A stretch of DNA of 16,989 nucleotides. Source: a virus. Taxonomy: Duplodnaviria; Heunggongvirae; Uroviricota; Caudoviricetes. Both the position numbers and the translations under genes were made by a program. Every line of letters begins with the position of its first letter. Position 1 is the first letter of the stretch. The notes below the pieces were generated by a model, which was not told the origin of the DNA, searched no databases, and saw only the letters and a list, made by a program, of their open reading frames with translations. Of the stretch, positions 7,593-14,491 are shown one piece after another. The stretch is from the IMG/VR virus record IMGVR_UViG_2778261502_000004, positions 1 to 16,989 of that record. The stretch is one strand, 5' to 3'.

Positions 7593-8102
7593 TTAACCAA
7601 ATACAATGAATGTTCCAAAAGATGCTAATGATATATTTATCAGAGAATCCATACGAGCCTTAATTTCTGGCGTATCCTCGACCTCAGTACGCCATTGATT
7701 GACTGCCTCAATCATATCTCGACAAAACACATCTATTTGCAACTGAAGTTTGCCATTTAAGTGATTTAAATGCACTTGGCAATTTGGCCTAGGTGGTGGT
7801 GTAAAATTAAACTGCATCATTCTTTTCCTGTTCTCTGGATCCTGTCCAGCATGTAAACAAGAACAACGATACAGCCAAAAATCATCCGCATAAAATCGAC
7901 ACTGTTCATGTGTACCGGATGTATATTTATTTTCAAGATAACGAGAAACCCAATCTTTATACCATTTCCCTGTTTCACCCTTACCTATTTTGGGACGTTC
8001 AACGCTCCTGCAAATATCAGGCATAGCAAGAGCCATAAACAATGCCGCTAACCAATTCTCACTTTCAATTGAAGATTCAATTGATTTTATAAACCTTTCC
8101 AT
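7593..8102 (-). CDS. Hypothetical Cys/His-rich protein encoded by an AT-rich insertion between the lysis cassette and the HNH remnant
   Basis: 169 aa MERFIKSIESSIESENWLAALFMALAMPDICRS...YRCSCLHAG...; visibly AT-rich; no family recognised. Confidence 0.6.
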   Translation of the reverse strand: MERFIKSIESSIESENWLAALFMALAMPDICRSVERPKIGKGETGKWYKDWVSRYLENKYTSGTHEQCRFYADDFWLYRCSCLHAGQDPENRKRMMQFNFTPPPRPNCQVHLNHLNGKLQLQIDVFCRDMIEAVNQWRTEVEDTPEIKARMDSLINISLASFGTFIVFG

Positions 8103-8168
8103 AACTCACCTTTATATTATTTGATGATTATATTTATAGCACAGTTACAATCATTTTCCGGAAAATAT

Positions 8169-8420
8169 TTATTCATTTTGATATCCTATTTTTAGAATAT
8201 CCTTTTTATCTCTATTGCATTGCGCTAATGCAGATAACAAACTCGCATTCAGTTCCAGGCTAGCACCATATGTCAGTGGACTAGGTACAACTGGAATCGG
8301 TGTTTCAGAAGTCAGGCTGGCTGGCAGTGGTACCGCCGGAGTGTTCACGTAAACTGTCCGCGTACTTCCGCAACCGGTCAGCAGCGGCAGCAGGCACAGG
8401 ACGTGAAGCACAATCATCAT
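8169..8420 (-). CDS. Outer-membrane spanin lipoprotein (Rz1-like), overlapping the 3' part of Rz in another frame
   Basis: MMIVLHVLCLLPLLTGCGSTR... with lipobox LLTGC followed by a Pro-rich region; start inside Rz. Confidence 0.65.
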   Translation of the reverse strand: MMIVLHVLCLLPLLTGCGSTRTVYVNTPAVPLPASLTSETPIPVVPSPLTYGASLELNASLLSALAQCNRDKKDILKIGYQNE

Positions 8421-8697
8421 CCGCAACAGCCACTTTGATATCTTCCTGGGTTCTCTGTGACTCCAGTGCAATCTGCTGTTTTGCATGCTGGTTAGCCTCT
8501 ATAACTGTATTGATGATTTGCAGTGATTGCAGAACGTTACGGGTAATGGCAGTTGCTGATTCAGCATTTCGTATAGCCTCATCAACACGCTCCTTTTCGT
8601 GCAGATATTTGCTGTAGTAATGCCCGGCAGACCAGATGAAGGAACCAATGACGGTAACAAAGAAGGCAACAATAACCAGCTTATATCTCAGCTTCAT
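8305..8697 (-). CDS. Inner-membrane spanin (Rz-like)
   Basis: 130 aa with N-terminal transmembrane segment (LVIVAFFVTVIGSFIW) and a coiled-coil-like remainder; start overlaps the endolysin stop. Confidence 0.75.
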   Translation of the reverse strand: MKLRYKLVIVAFFVTVIGSFIWSAGHYYSKYLHEKERVDEAIRNAESATAITRNVLQSLQIINTVIEANQHAKQQIALESQRTQEDIKVAVADDDCASRPVPAAAADRLRKYADSLREHSGGTTASQPDF

Positions 8698-9157
8698 TTA
8701 CTACCCCACCAGCCTCTTTAAACCGGGAAATCAGGTCGCCAATTTTATGTTCATACTGACCGTAACCTGCACCAGGTAACGACGCCCAGATATTGCTGCA
8801 ACGATCGATAGCCTGACGGATATCACCGCGATCAATCATCGGTAAAGCGCCACGCTCTTTAATCTGCTGCAATGCCACAGCGTCCTGGCTTTTCGGAGAG
8901 AAGTCTTTCAGGCCAAGCTGCTTACGATAGGAATCCCACCAACGGGAAAGAAGCTGGTAGCGCCCGGCTGCTGTTGATTTGAGTTTTGGGTTTAGCGTGA
9001 CAAGTTTGCGAGGGTGATCGGAGTAATCAGTAAATAGCTCTCCGCCTACAATGACGTCATAACCATGATTTCTGGTTTTCTGCCGTCCGTTATCCGTTCC
9101 TTCTGACCATGCCACCATATCGAGGAAAGCTTTACGCTGAGGATTAAGATTTTGCAT
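8681..9157 (-). CDS. R: Endolysin, lambda R-type lytic transglycosylase
   Basis: 158 aa MQNLNPQRKAFLDMVAWSEGTDNGRQKTRNHGYDVIVGGELFTDYSDHPRKL..., near-identical to lambda R as I recall it; AGGGGTGA RBS. Confidence 0.93.
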   Translation of the reverse strand: MQNLNPQRKAFLDMVAWSEGTDNGRQKTRNHGYDVIVGGELFTDYSDHPRKLVTLNPKLKSTAAGRYQLLSRWWDSYRKQLGLKDFSPKSQDAVALQQIKERGALPMIDRGDIRQAIDRCSNIWASLPGAGYGQYEHKIGDLISRFKEAGGVVNEAEI

Positions 9158-9311
9158 TTTTCACCCCTGTCAGTCGTTCCCAGAAGTACGTCAGTGCAAC
9201 CGAACCCATTGCACCACTAATCCCCGCTGTCGCGAGAATCATGTAAATACTGAATCCACTTTCGATGCTGATCAGGCCACCAATAACACCGGTGAATCCT
9301 GATATCCGGTC
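9147..9311 (-). pseudogene. Start-less hydrophobic C-terminal remnant, probably of the holin gene
   Basis: Open frame ...SGFTGVIGGLISIESGFSIYMILATAGISGAMGSVALTYFWERLTGVKNAKS* ending in the ATG of R, the position of a holin 3' end; bounded upstream by an in-frame stop, no N-terminal part. Confidence 0.45.
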
Positions 9312-9486
9312 TTAAGTCAGATTTCGTAATTGCACCTGACGTGCATTGCTCAAGTTTTTTAGCCAGCACAAAACTGGCTTTTTTATAGCCATTGAAAACC
9401 AGCCGTAAGTAGCCAGGTGTTGAGCCAACTTTTCCGGCCAACTCGCCCTGCTGTTCTTTGGTTAAAGAGTCCCAATACGCTTTCAT
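9217..9486 (-). CDS. Cro-like HTH regulator (YdaS/Cro family) whose 3' end reads out of frame through the holin remnant
   Basis: Start ATG 9486 with GGAGGT RBS (MKAYWDSLTKEQQGELAGKVGSTPGYLRLVFNGYKKASFVLAKKLEQCTSGAITKSDLRPDI); the last 27 residues (RIHRCYWWPDQHRKW...) are Trp/Arg/His-rich, as expected for the wrong frame of a hydrophobic gene; divergent from cI. Confidence 0.6.
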   Translation of the reverse strand: MKAYWDSLTKEQQGELAGKVGSTPGYLRLVFNGYKKASFVLAKKLEQCTSGAITKSDLRPDIRIHRCYWWPDQHRKWIQYLHDSRDSGD

Positions 9487-9576
9487 ACAATATGTACCTC
9501 CGGTGTACATATTACATGATTAAAATGAACCTTCAAGATACTTGTACCTTAACGGTACAAGGGTTTTAATTTCGTT
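9487..9576. promoter_or_regulatory. Divergent immunity control region with two 19-bp palindromic operators and candidate pR and pRM promoters
   Basis: Operators ATGTACC-N5-TGTACAT (9492..9510) and TTGTACC-N5-GGTACAA (9542..9560); minus-strand promoter TTGAAG (9531..9536) / 16 bp / TAATAT (9509..9514); plus-strand TTTAAT at 9565..9570 lies just before the cI ATG, suggesting a leaderless cI message. Confidence 0.55.
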
Positions 9577-10251
9577 ATGAAAACAATCCATGACATCCGG
9601 CGGTCTAACGCCAGAAAACTGAGAGATGGTGTTGGCGGGAATTCTTCCTTTGCCACTATGATTGATCGCGAGCCAACCCAGACCAGCAGGTTTATGGGAG
9701 ATGGTGCTACTAAAAATATCGGTGACAGCATGGCACGACACATCGAAAAATGTTTCGACCTACCTGTCGGATGGCTCGATCAAGAACACCAGACAACGAA
9801 CATCACAAAAAAACCTGATGTTTCAATCACTAATAAACAAATCACATTAGTCCCTGTCATATCATGGGTACAGGCCGGAGCATGGAAAGAAGTTGGATAT
9901 TCTGAGGTTGATTTGAGCACAGCAGAAACGTATCCCTGCCCTGTACCCTGTGGGGAAATGACTTATATCTTGCGGGTGATAGGTGATTCAATGATTGATG
10001 AGTACCGCCCGGGAGACATGATTTTTGTCGATCCTGAAGTACCTGCCTGCCACGGTGACGACGTTATTGCATTGATGCACGATACAGGTGAAACCACCTT
10101 CAAAAGGTTAATAGAAGATGGGACACAGCGTTATCTCAAAGCGTTAAACCCAAACTGGCCTGAGCCTTACATTAAGATCAACGGTAATTGCTCTATAATT
10201 GGTACAGTGATTTTCTCAGGAAAACCAAGAAGATACAAAATCAAAGCCTAA
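9577..10251 (+). CDS. CI-type prophage repressor: phage-CI HTH N-domain plus LexA/S24-type autocleaving C-domain
   Basis: 224 aa; N-terminal ...GDSMARHIEKCFDLPVGWLDQ; C-terminal domain with Ser in VIGDSM and Lys in TFKRL, the S24 catalytic dyad context. Confidence 0.9.
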   Translation: MKTIHDIRRSNARKLRDGVGGNSSFATMIDREPTQTSRFMGDGATKNIGDSMARHIEKCFDLPVGWLDQEHQTTNITKKPDVSITNKQITLVPVISWVQAGAWKEVGYSEVDLSTAETYPCPVPCGEMTYILRVIGDSMIDEYRPGDMIFVDPEVPACHGDDVIALMHDTGETTFKRLIEDGTQRYLKALNPNWPEPYIKINGNCSIIGTVIFSGKPRRYKIKA

Positions 10252-10263
10252 TCAATGTTTATG

Positions 10264-10288
10264 AACCTGCTTCGGCAGGTTTTTTTAT
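10264..10288 (+). terminator. Rho-independent terminator after cI
   Basis: AACCTGC-TTCG-GCAGGTT stem-loop followed by TTTTTT. Confidence 0.8.
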
Positions 10289-10290
10289 AC

Positions 10291-10323
10291 TTGACAATGT
10301 ACCTTTGAGATACATAATGTACC
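10291..10323 (+). promoter_or_regulatory. pL-like early-left promoter with overlapping operator
   Basis: TTGACA (10291..10296) / 16 bp / CATAAT (10313..10318); operator ATGTACC-N5-GATACAT at 10297..10315 with the same 7-5-7 layout as the cro–cI operators; extra half-site ATGTACC at 10317..10323. Confidence 0.65.
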
Positions 10324-10409
10324 CAAGAGAAACAACGAACAGGCAGGACGCCCACGAAGTAGCCGCCTGGGGCATATGAAGTCCAGGATGATTCGTTAGC
10401 AACAAAAAA

Positions 10410-10440
10410 GCGCCCTACAGGACGCTTAGCTCTTTAACAA
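10410..10440 (+). promoter_or_regulatory. Candidate antitermination site: short hairpin followed by an rrn-type boxA
   Basis: GCTCTTTAACAA (10429..10440) matches the core of the rrn boxA consensus TGCTCTTTAACAA; preceded by hairpin GCGCC-CTACA-GGaCGC (10410..10425); located in the 5' leader downstream of the pL-like promoter. Confidence 0.5.
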
Positions 10441-10485
10441 TCTGGTCCCCATCAACAAGTAACTGATAACTTGAGGAGATGTGAA

Positions 10486-10692
10486 ATGCACAAAACAGAA
10501 CCCAAAATCGTCGCGCCTGGCTACACAGATGAGGAAATTTATGAGTGGATGACAAAGAAGCTGGCAGCTATAAACCAGCTTCGTGAAGTGCTGTCTTATC
10601 GACAGGAAACAATAGACTCCTTAAAAAAACTGGATCAGGAAATCACGGTTTTATCACAGGATGTTACTTTAGATATTGTGCAGACAAATTAG
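10486..10692 (+). CDS. Small hypothetical protein, first gene of the pL-like transcript
   Basis: 68 aa MHKTEPKIVAPGYTDEEIYEWMTKKLAAINQLREVLSYRQETIDSLKKLDQEITVL... ; GAGGAG RBS 7 nt upstream; not Arg-rich, so not an N-type antiterminator. Confidence 0.55.
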   Translation: MHKTEPKIVAPGYTDEEIYEWMTKKLAAINQLREVLSYRQETIDSLKKLDQEITVLSQDVTLDIVQTN

Positions 10693-11098
10693 GATCCCAT
10701 TCATTTTCGTCAAAATCATCAAAGTGATGAATTTGTGATCTCCAGTCTCGATAATCTAAAAATTTCTGGGCGGTTACGCTTATTTTATCAAGTGTGAGTT
10801 CATCCTGAATTGAAAGAAGAAGTTCATCAAATTTCATCTCATTAATCTGTTTTGGCATCCAGTGATGCTTCATCAGAATAAGGTGAACCAGAGCCTTTTT
10901 CCCATTCAACTGATTATAGGGAGTGCCGAATTTCTTCCGGTGCTCATGTAAGACAAGGTCCAAAAGAGTAAGTAATGTTGCCCTTGATTCAACTTTGCTT
11001 ATTTCGACTGATGACACTACCCCACTGATTTCAATGCCCCGATACTTTCCAACATTTTCACAGTGGGATTTGTACAGCGTATAGATATTACCGGACAT
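10664..11098 (-). CDS. Hypothetical protein on the opposite strand, AT-rich, 3' end overlapping the 68-aa gene by 29 bp
   Basis: 144 aa MSGNIYTLYKSHCENVGKYRGIEISGVVSSVEISKVESRATLLTLLDLVLHEHRKKFGTPYNQ...; AAGGA-like RBS; soluble; no family recognised. Confidence 0.55.
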   Translation of the reverse strand: MSGNIYTLYKSHCENVGKYRGIEISGVVSSVEISKVESRATLLTLLDLVLHEHRKKFGTPYNQLNGKKALVHLILMKHHWMPKQINEMKFDELLLSIQDELTLDKISVTAQKFLDYRDWRSQIHHFDDFDENEWDPNLSAQYLK

Positions 11099-11113
11099 TT
11101 CTTTTCCTTTTGC

Positions 11114-11162
11114 GTTGTTGGGGATAACCAGATTAACCGAATCCTTGTTGTTGGGGAATAAC
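11114..11162. repeat. Two direct repeats just upstream of the 144-aa gene start
   Basis: GTTGTTGGGGATAACC (11114..11129) and GTTGTTGGGGAATAAC (11147..11162), 17 bp apart. Confidence 0.5.
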
Positions 11163-11382
11163 TAGGTCCACCTCGCCTGATGTGGCTAAAAGCAGGCACA
11201 TAACAGCTAAGTATTTTCAACCAGAGAGAATCCTTAGCGTTGTGGTGAATGCGGCTCAGCGCACGCGGGTTAAGGTTGAGGCTGACAGTCGACCTTCTGT
11301 GGATACCCACCCGCCTGGTGTGCAACCTTCGCCAGGCACCGGGAGGCACCCGGCACCACAACTTTATGCTGTGTGTAGTCTT

Positions 11383-11429
11383 GGCGGTACCAGCTTGTAC
11401 CCTTGCTTCCGGCTGGTACCGTCCTTTTT
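11383..11429 (+). terminator. Strong rho-independent terminator inside the early-left leader (tL1-like)
   Basis: 10–12 bp GC-rich stem (CGGTACCAGC / GCTGGTACCG), 17-nt loop, then TTTTT. Confidence 0.7.
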
Positions 11430-11431
11430 AC

Positions 11432-11516
11432 AAAACAGAGAAGAGCATCACCGGACGACGGGCTCATAACCCAATCCATCCGGGCGGCAGTCACCGCAGG
11501 TGTTCTTCTCTGTTTT
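11432..11516. repeat. 16-bp inverted repeat enclosing a GC-rich ~53-nt segment, right after the terminator
   Basis: AAAACAGAGAAGAGCA (11432..11447) versus TGTTCTTCTCTGTTTT (11501..11516), one mismatch. Confidence 0.5.
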
Positions 11517-11566
11517 GTGGAGAAACTAACCGACCTTGCAGGGTCGATATGATGAGGAGCAGCAAA

Positions 11567-11929
11567 ATGGCTAGCGAACGCAGTACTGATGTGCAGGCAT
11601 TTATCGGGGAGCTGGACGGCGGCGTATTTGAAACCAAAATCGGCGCAGTTCTCAGTGAAGTCGCTTCCGGTGTGATGAACACGAAAACCAAAGGTAAGGT
11701 CTCGCTCAACCTGGAAATCGAACCGTTTGATGAGAACCGAGTGAAAATCAAACACAAACTCTCATATGTTCGCCCGACTAACCGCGGGAAAATTTCCGAA
11801 GAAGACACCACCGAAACGCCGATGTATGTCAATCGCGGTGGTCGCCTGACTATTCTGCAGGAAGACCAGGGACAGTTACTGACTCTTGCCGGTGAACCTG
11901 ACGGAAAACTCCGCGCAGCAGGTCGTTAA
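11567..11929 (+). CDS. yfdP: YfdP-like early-left prophage protein
   Basis: Likely start ATG 11567 with GAGGAG RBS, 120 aa (the ORF track extends it upstream to 11249 without support); size and position match yfdP of the CPS-53 yfdP–yfdT cluster as I recall it. Confidence 0.55.
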   Translation: MASERSTDVQAFIGELDGGVFETKIGAVLSEVASGVMNTKTKGKVSLNLEIEPFDENRVKIKHKLSYVRPTNRGKISEEDTTETPMYVNRGGRLTILQEDQGQLLTLAGEPDGKLRAAGR

Positions 11930-11994
11930 TATCGTTTTTAATTAACTGATTATTTATCTCATCACTGAATATCTTTATATAGTGAGGACTTATT

Positions 11995-12819
11995 ATGTCT
12001 CAGAACTTAGACGCAACCGCAATTAATCAAATCCATGCCCTTATTTCTGCTCAGGGTGTTAATGAAATTATCAGTAAGATTGGTGCCGATGCTGTGGCAT
12101 TGCCTGAGAATTTCCGCATTCATGATCTGGAAAAATTTAATTTAAATCGCTTCCGTTTCCGTGGTGCGCTTTCCACTGCCAGCATCGATGACTTTACCCG
12201 TTATTCTAAAGATCTTGCAGATGAAGGCACCCGCTGCTTTATCGATGCTGATAATATGCGTGCCGTCAGTGTGCTTAACCTGGGTACTATTGATGAACCA
12301 GGTCACGCAGATAACACCGCCACACTCAAACTGAAAAAGACAGCACCGTTCTCTGCTCTGTTGTCTGTTAACGGCGAGCGTAACTCCCAGAAGTCACTGG
12401 CAGAATGGATTGAAGACTGGGCCGACTATCTTGTGGGCTTTGATGCTAATGGTGACGCTATTCAGGCAACAAAAGCGGCTGCGGCTGTCCGTAAAATCAC
12501 GATTGAAGCAAACCAGACCGCTGATTTTGAAGATAATGACTTCAGCGGCAAACGCTCCCTGATGGAGTCTGTCGAAGCGAAGACCAAAGACATTATGCCA
12601 GTGGCATTTGAATTTAAATGCGTTCCGTTTGAAGGTCTGAAAGAACGTCCGTTTAAATTACGCCTCAGTATTATCACTGGCGATCGTCCTGTACTGGTTC
12701 TGCGCATTATTCAGCTGGAGGCGGTGCAGGAAGAAATGGCTAACGAATTTCGTGATCTGCTTGTTGAGAAATTCAAGGACAGCAAAGTAGAAACCTTTAT
12801 TGGTACTTTCACCGCCTGA
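11995..12819 (+). CDS. yfdQ: YfdQ-like protein (DUF2303 family)
   Basis: 274 aa; GAGGA RBS; size and order as in CPS-53; not aligned. Confidence 0.65.
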   Translation: MSQNLDATAINQIHALISAQGVNEIISKIGADAVALPENFRIHDLEKFNLNRFRFRGALSTASIDDFTRYSKDLADEGTRCFIDADNMRAVSVLNLGTIDEPGHADNTATLKLKKTAPFSALLSVNGERNSQKSLAEWIEDWADYLVGFDANGDAIQATKAAAAVRKITIEANQTADFEDNDFSGKRSLMESVEAKTKDIMPVAFEFKCVPFEGLKERPFKLRLSIITGDRPVLVLRIIQLEAVQEEMANEFRDLLVEKFKDSKVETFIGTFTA

Positions 12820-12831
12820 TTTCATTACTGC

Positions 12832-12853
12832 AAATGCCCCTGCGGGGGCATTT
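12832..12853 (+). terminator. Perfect hairpin between the yfdQ-like and yfdR-like genes (weak terminator or attenuator)
   Basis: AATGCCCC-TGCG-GGGGCATT followed by T-ATGG; short U-tract. Confidence 0.35.
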
Positions 12854-12946
12854 ATGGAAACGTAATTTACTCAATAATCGCCGGATGGTGAGGGATTCTT
12901 TTTACCAGAATTCAGCGCGGTGCAGCGCATATACGTGGAGAACAAA

Positions 12947-13483
12947 ATGTCATTTATTAAAACTTTTTCCGGGAAGCATTTTTATTATGACAGGATAAAT
13001 AAAGACGACATCGATATTAACGATATCGCGGTTTCCCTTTCAAATATCTGTCGCTTTGCCGGTCATCTTTCGCACTTCTACAGCGTCGCCCAACATGCGG
13101 TTCTTTGCAGCCAGCTGGTGCCGCAGGAATTTGCTTTTGAAGCGTTAATGCATGATGCAACAGAAGCGTATTGCCAGGACATTCCCGCACCACTGAAACG
13201 CCTTCTTCCTGACTATAAACAAATGGAAGAAAAAATAGACGCCGTAATCCGTGAGAAATACGGGTTACCTCCAGTTATGAGTACGCCCGTGAAATATGCC
13301 GATCTCATCATGCTGGCAACCGAACGCCGCGATCTCGGGCTTGATGATGGCTCTTTCTGGCCTGTACTGGAAGGTATCCCGGCAACAGAGATGTTCAACG
13401 TGATTCCACTGGCACCGGGCCATGCCTACGGGATGTTTATGGAACGCTTTAACGAGTTATCGGAGTTACGCAAATGCGCATGA
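12947..13483 (+). CDS. yfdR: HD-domain phosphohydrolase, YfdR/YfbR-type 5'-deoxynucleotidase
   Basis: 178 aa from ATG 12947 (GGAG RBS; the track's GTG at 12920 is less likely); H..H in SVAQHAVLC and HD in LMHDATEAY. Confidence 0.8.
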   Translation: MSFIKTFSGKHFYYDRINKDDIDINDIAVSLSNICRFAGHLSHFYSVAQHAVLCSQLVPQEFAFEALMHDATEAYCQDIPAPLKRLLPDYKQMEEKIDAVIREKYGLPPVMSTPVKYADLIMLATERRDLGLDDGSFWPVLEGIPATEMFNVIPLAPGHAYGMFMERFNELSELRKCA

Positions 13484-13836
13484 ATGTTTTCGAAATGGAA
13501 GGGTTTCTTCGTGGGAGATGTGTACCGCGAGATCTGAAAGTAAATGAAACAGATGCTGAATACCTGGTGCGTAAATTCGATGCGCTTGAAGCTAAATATG
13601 CAGCACAGGAAAACAAAGTAATACCAGTGTCAACTGAACTGCCACCAGCAAATGAAAGTGTTTTGTTATTCGATGCTAACGGAGAAGGCTGGCTAATTGG
13701 CTGGCGTTCTCTCTGGTACACCTGGGGACAAAAAGAAACCGGAGAATGGCAGTGGACATTTCAGGTCGGGGACCTTGAAAACGTCAATATCACTCACTGG
13801 GCAGTAATGCCAAAAGCACCGGAGGCTGGAGCATAA
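13474..13836 (+). CDS. yfdS: DUF551-type prophage protein (YfdS-like)
   Basis: 120 aa; C-terminal ...LLFDANGEGWLIGW...ITHWAVMPKAPE pattern typical of DUF551; start overlaps the yfdR-like stop. Confidence 0.7.
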   Translation: MRMNVFEMEGFLRGRCVPRDLKVNETDAEYLVRKFDALEAKYAAQENKVIPVSTELPPANESVLLFDANGEGWLIGWRSLWYTWGQKETGEWQWTFQVGDLENVNITHWAVMPKAPEAGA

Positions 13837-14141
13837 TGACCACTTTTACCGACAAAGAACTGATTAAAGAAATTAAAGAGCGTATCAGCAGCCTTGACGT
13901 GCGAGACGATATTGAGCGCCGTGCTTATGAAATCGCACTCCTATCTCTGGAAGTAGAACCAGATGAACGCGAAGCTTATGAATTATTCATGGAAAAGCGT
14001 TTCGGTGACTTAGTAGATCGTCGGAGAGCAAAAAACGGCGATAACGAATACATGGCATGGGATATGACTCTCGGTTGGATCGTCTGGCAGCAACGAGCTG
14101 GTATCCATTTTTCAACAATGTCACAGCAAGAGGTGAAATAA
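13836..14141 (+). CDS. yfdT: YfdT-like early-left prophage protein
   Basis: 101 aa; TAATG overlap with the preceding gene; size and position match yfdT as I recall it. Confidence 0.55.
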   Translation: MTTFTDKELIKEIKERISSLDVRDDIERRAYEIALLSLEVEPDEREAYELFMEKRFGDLVDRRRAKNGDNEYMAWDMTLGWIVWQQRAGIHFSTMSQQEVK

Positions 14142-14491
14142 TGGAGCCATACAGCCTCACACTCGATGAGGCCTGTCATTTTCTCAAGATATCCAGACCG
14201 ACTGCCATTAACTGGATACGCACAGGGCGTCTTCAGGCAACACGCAAAGATCCCACTAAGAATAAATCTCCTTACCTCACAACACGACAAGCCTGCATTG
14301 CGGCTCTTCAGTCTCCGCTGCATACTGTCCAGGTGAGCGCGGGTGATGGCATAACAGAGGAAAGAAAATGTCACTCTTCCGCAGAGGTGAAATATGGTAC
14401 GCCAGTTTCACATTGCCGAACGGTAAAAGATTTAAACAGTCTCTTGGAACAAAGGACAAAAGGCAGGCGACAGAACTCCATGACAAGCTAA
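14141..14491 (+). CDS. xis: Excisionase (P22 Xis-like)
   Basis: Start ATG 14141 (AGGTGA RBS; TAATG overlap with the previous gene), 116 aa [33 protein letters not shown]...; 3' end overlaps the integrase start by ~124 bp. Confidence 0.8.
   Translation: MEPYSLTLDEACHFLKISRPTAINWIRTGRLQATRKDPTKNKSPYLTTRQACIAALQSPLHTVQVSAGDGITEERKCHSSAEVKYGTPVSHCRTVKDLNSLLEQRTKGRRQNSMTS

Noticed and set aside
8300-8617. 105-aa plus-strand ORF antisense to Rz/Rz1
   Set aside because: Overlaps two well-supported spanin genes on the opposite strand; Ser/Ala/Cys-rich low complexity.
9487-9510. Upstream extension of the cro-like ORF to an ATG at 9510 (MYTGGTYCMKAY...)
   Set aside because: The internal ATG at 9486 has a GGAGGT RBS; the extension would run through the operator and -10 element.
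9520-9850. ORFs 9520..9741(-), 9549..9743(-) and 9662..9850(+) overlapping the repressor gene
   Set aside because: Antisense or alternative frames of the well-supported CI-like repressor; no motifs.
10188-10379. 63-aa ORF spanning the cI 3' end, terminator and pL region
   Set aside because: Runs through a terminator hairpin and promoter elements; no RBS.
10471-10485. Upstream start (MRRCEMHK) for the 68-aa gene
   Set aside because: It would begin inside the GAGGAG RBS that serves the ATG at 10486.
11017-11832. ORFs 11017..11361(-), 11182..11469(+), 11270..11755(-), 11491..11832(-) and the 11249..11566 extension of the YfdP-like ORF
   Set aside because: Mutually overlapping, Arg/Pro/Ser-rich, crossing the terminator and inverted repeats; the YfdP-like gene has a well-placed GAGGAG and ATG at 11567. 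The region is better treated as non-coding.
12462-13721. ORFs 12462..12707(-), 13213..13398(-) and 13449..13721(-) antisense to the yfdQ/R/S-like genes
   Set aside because: Antisense to tightly packed, RBS-supported plus-strand genes; low-complexity composition.
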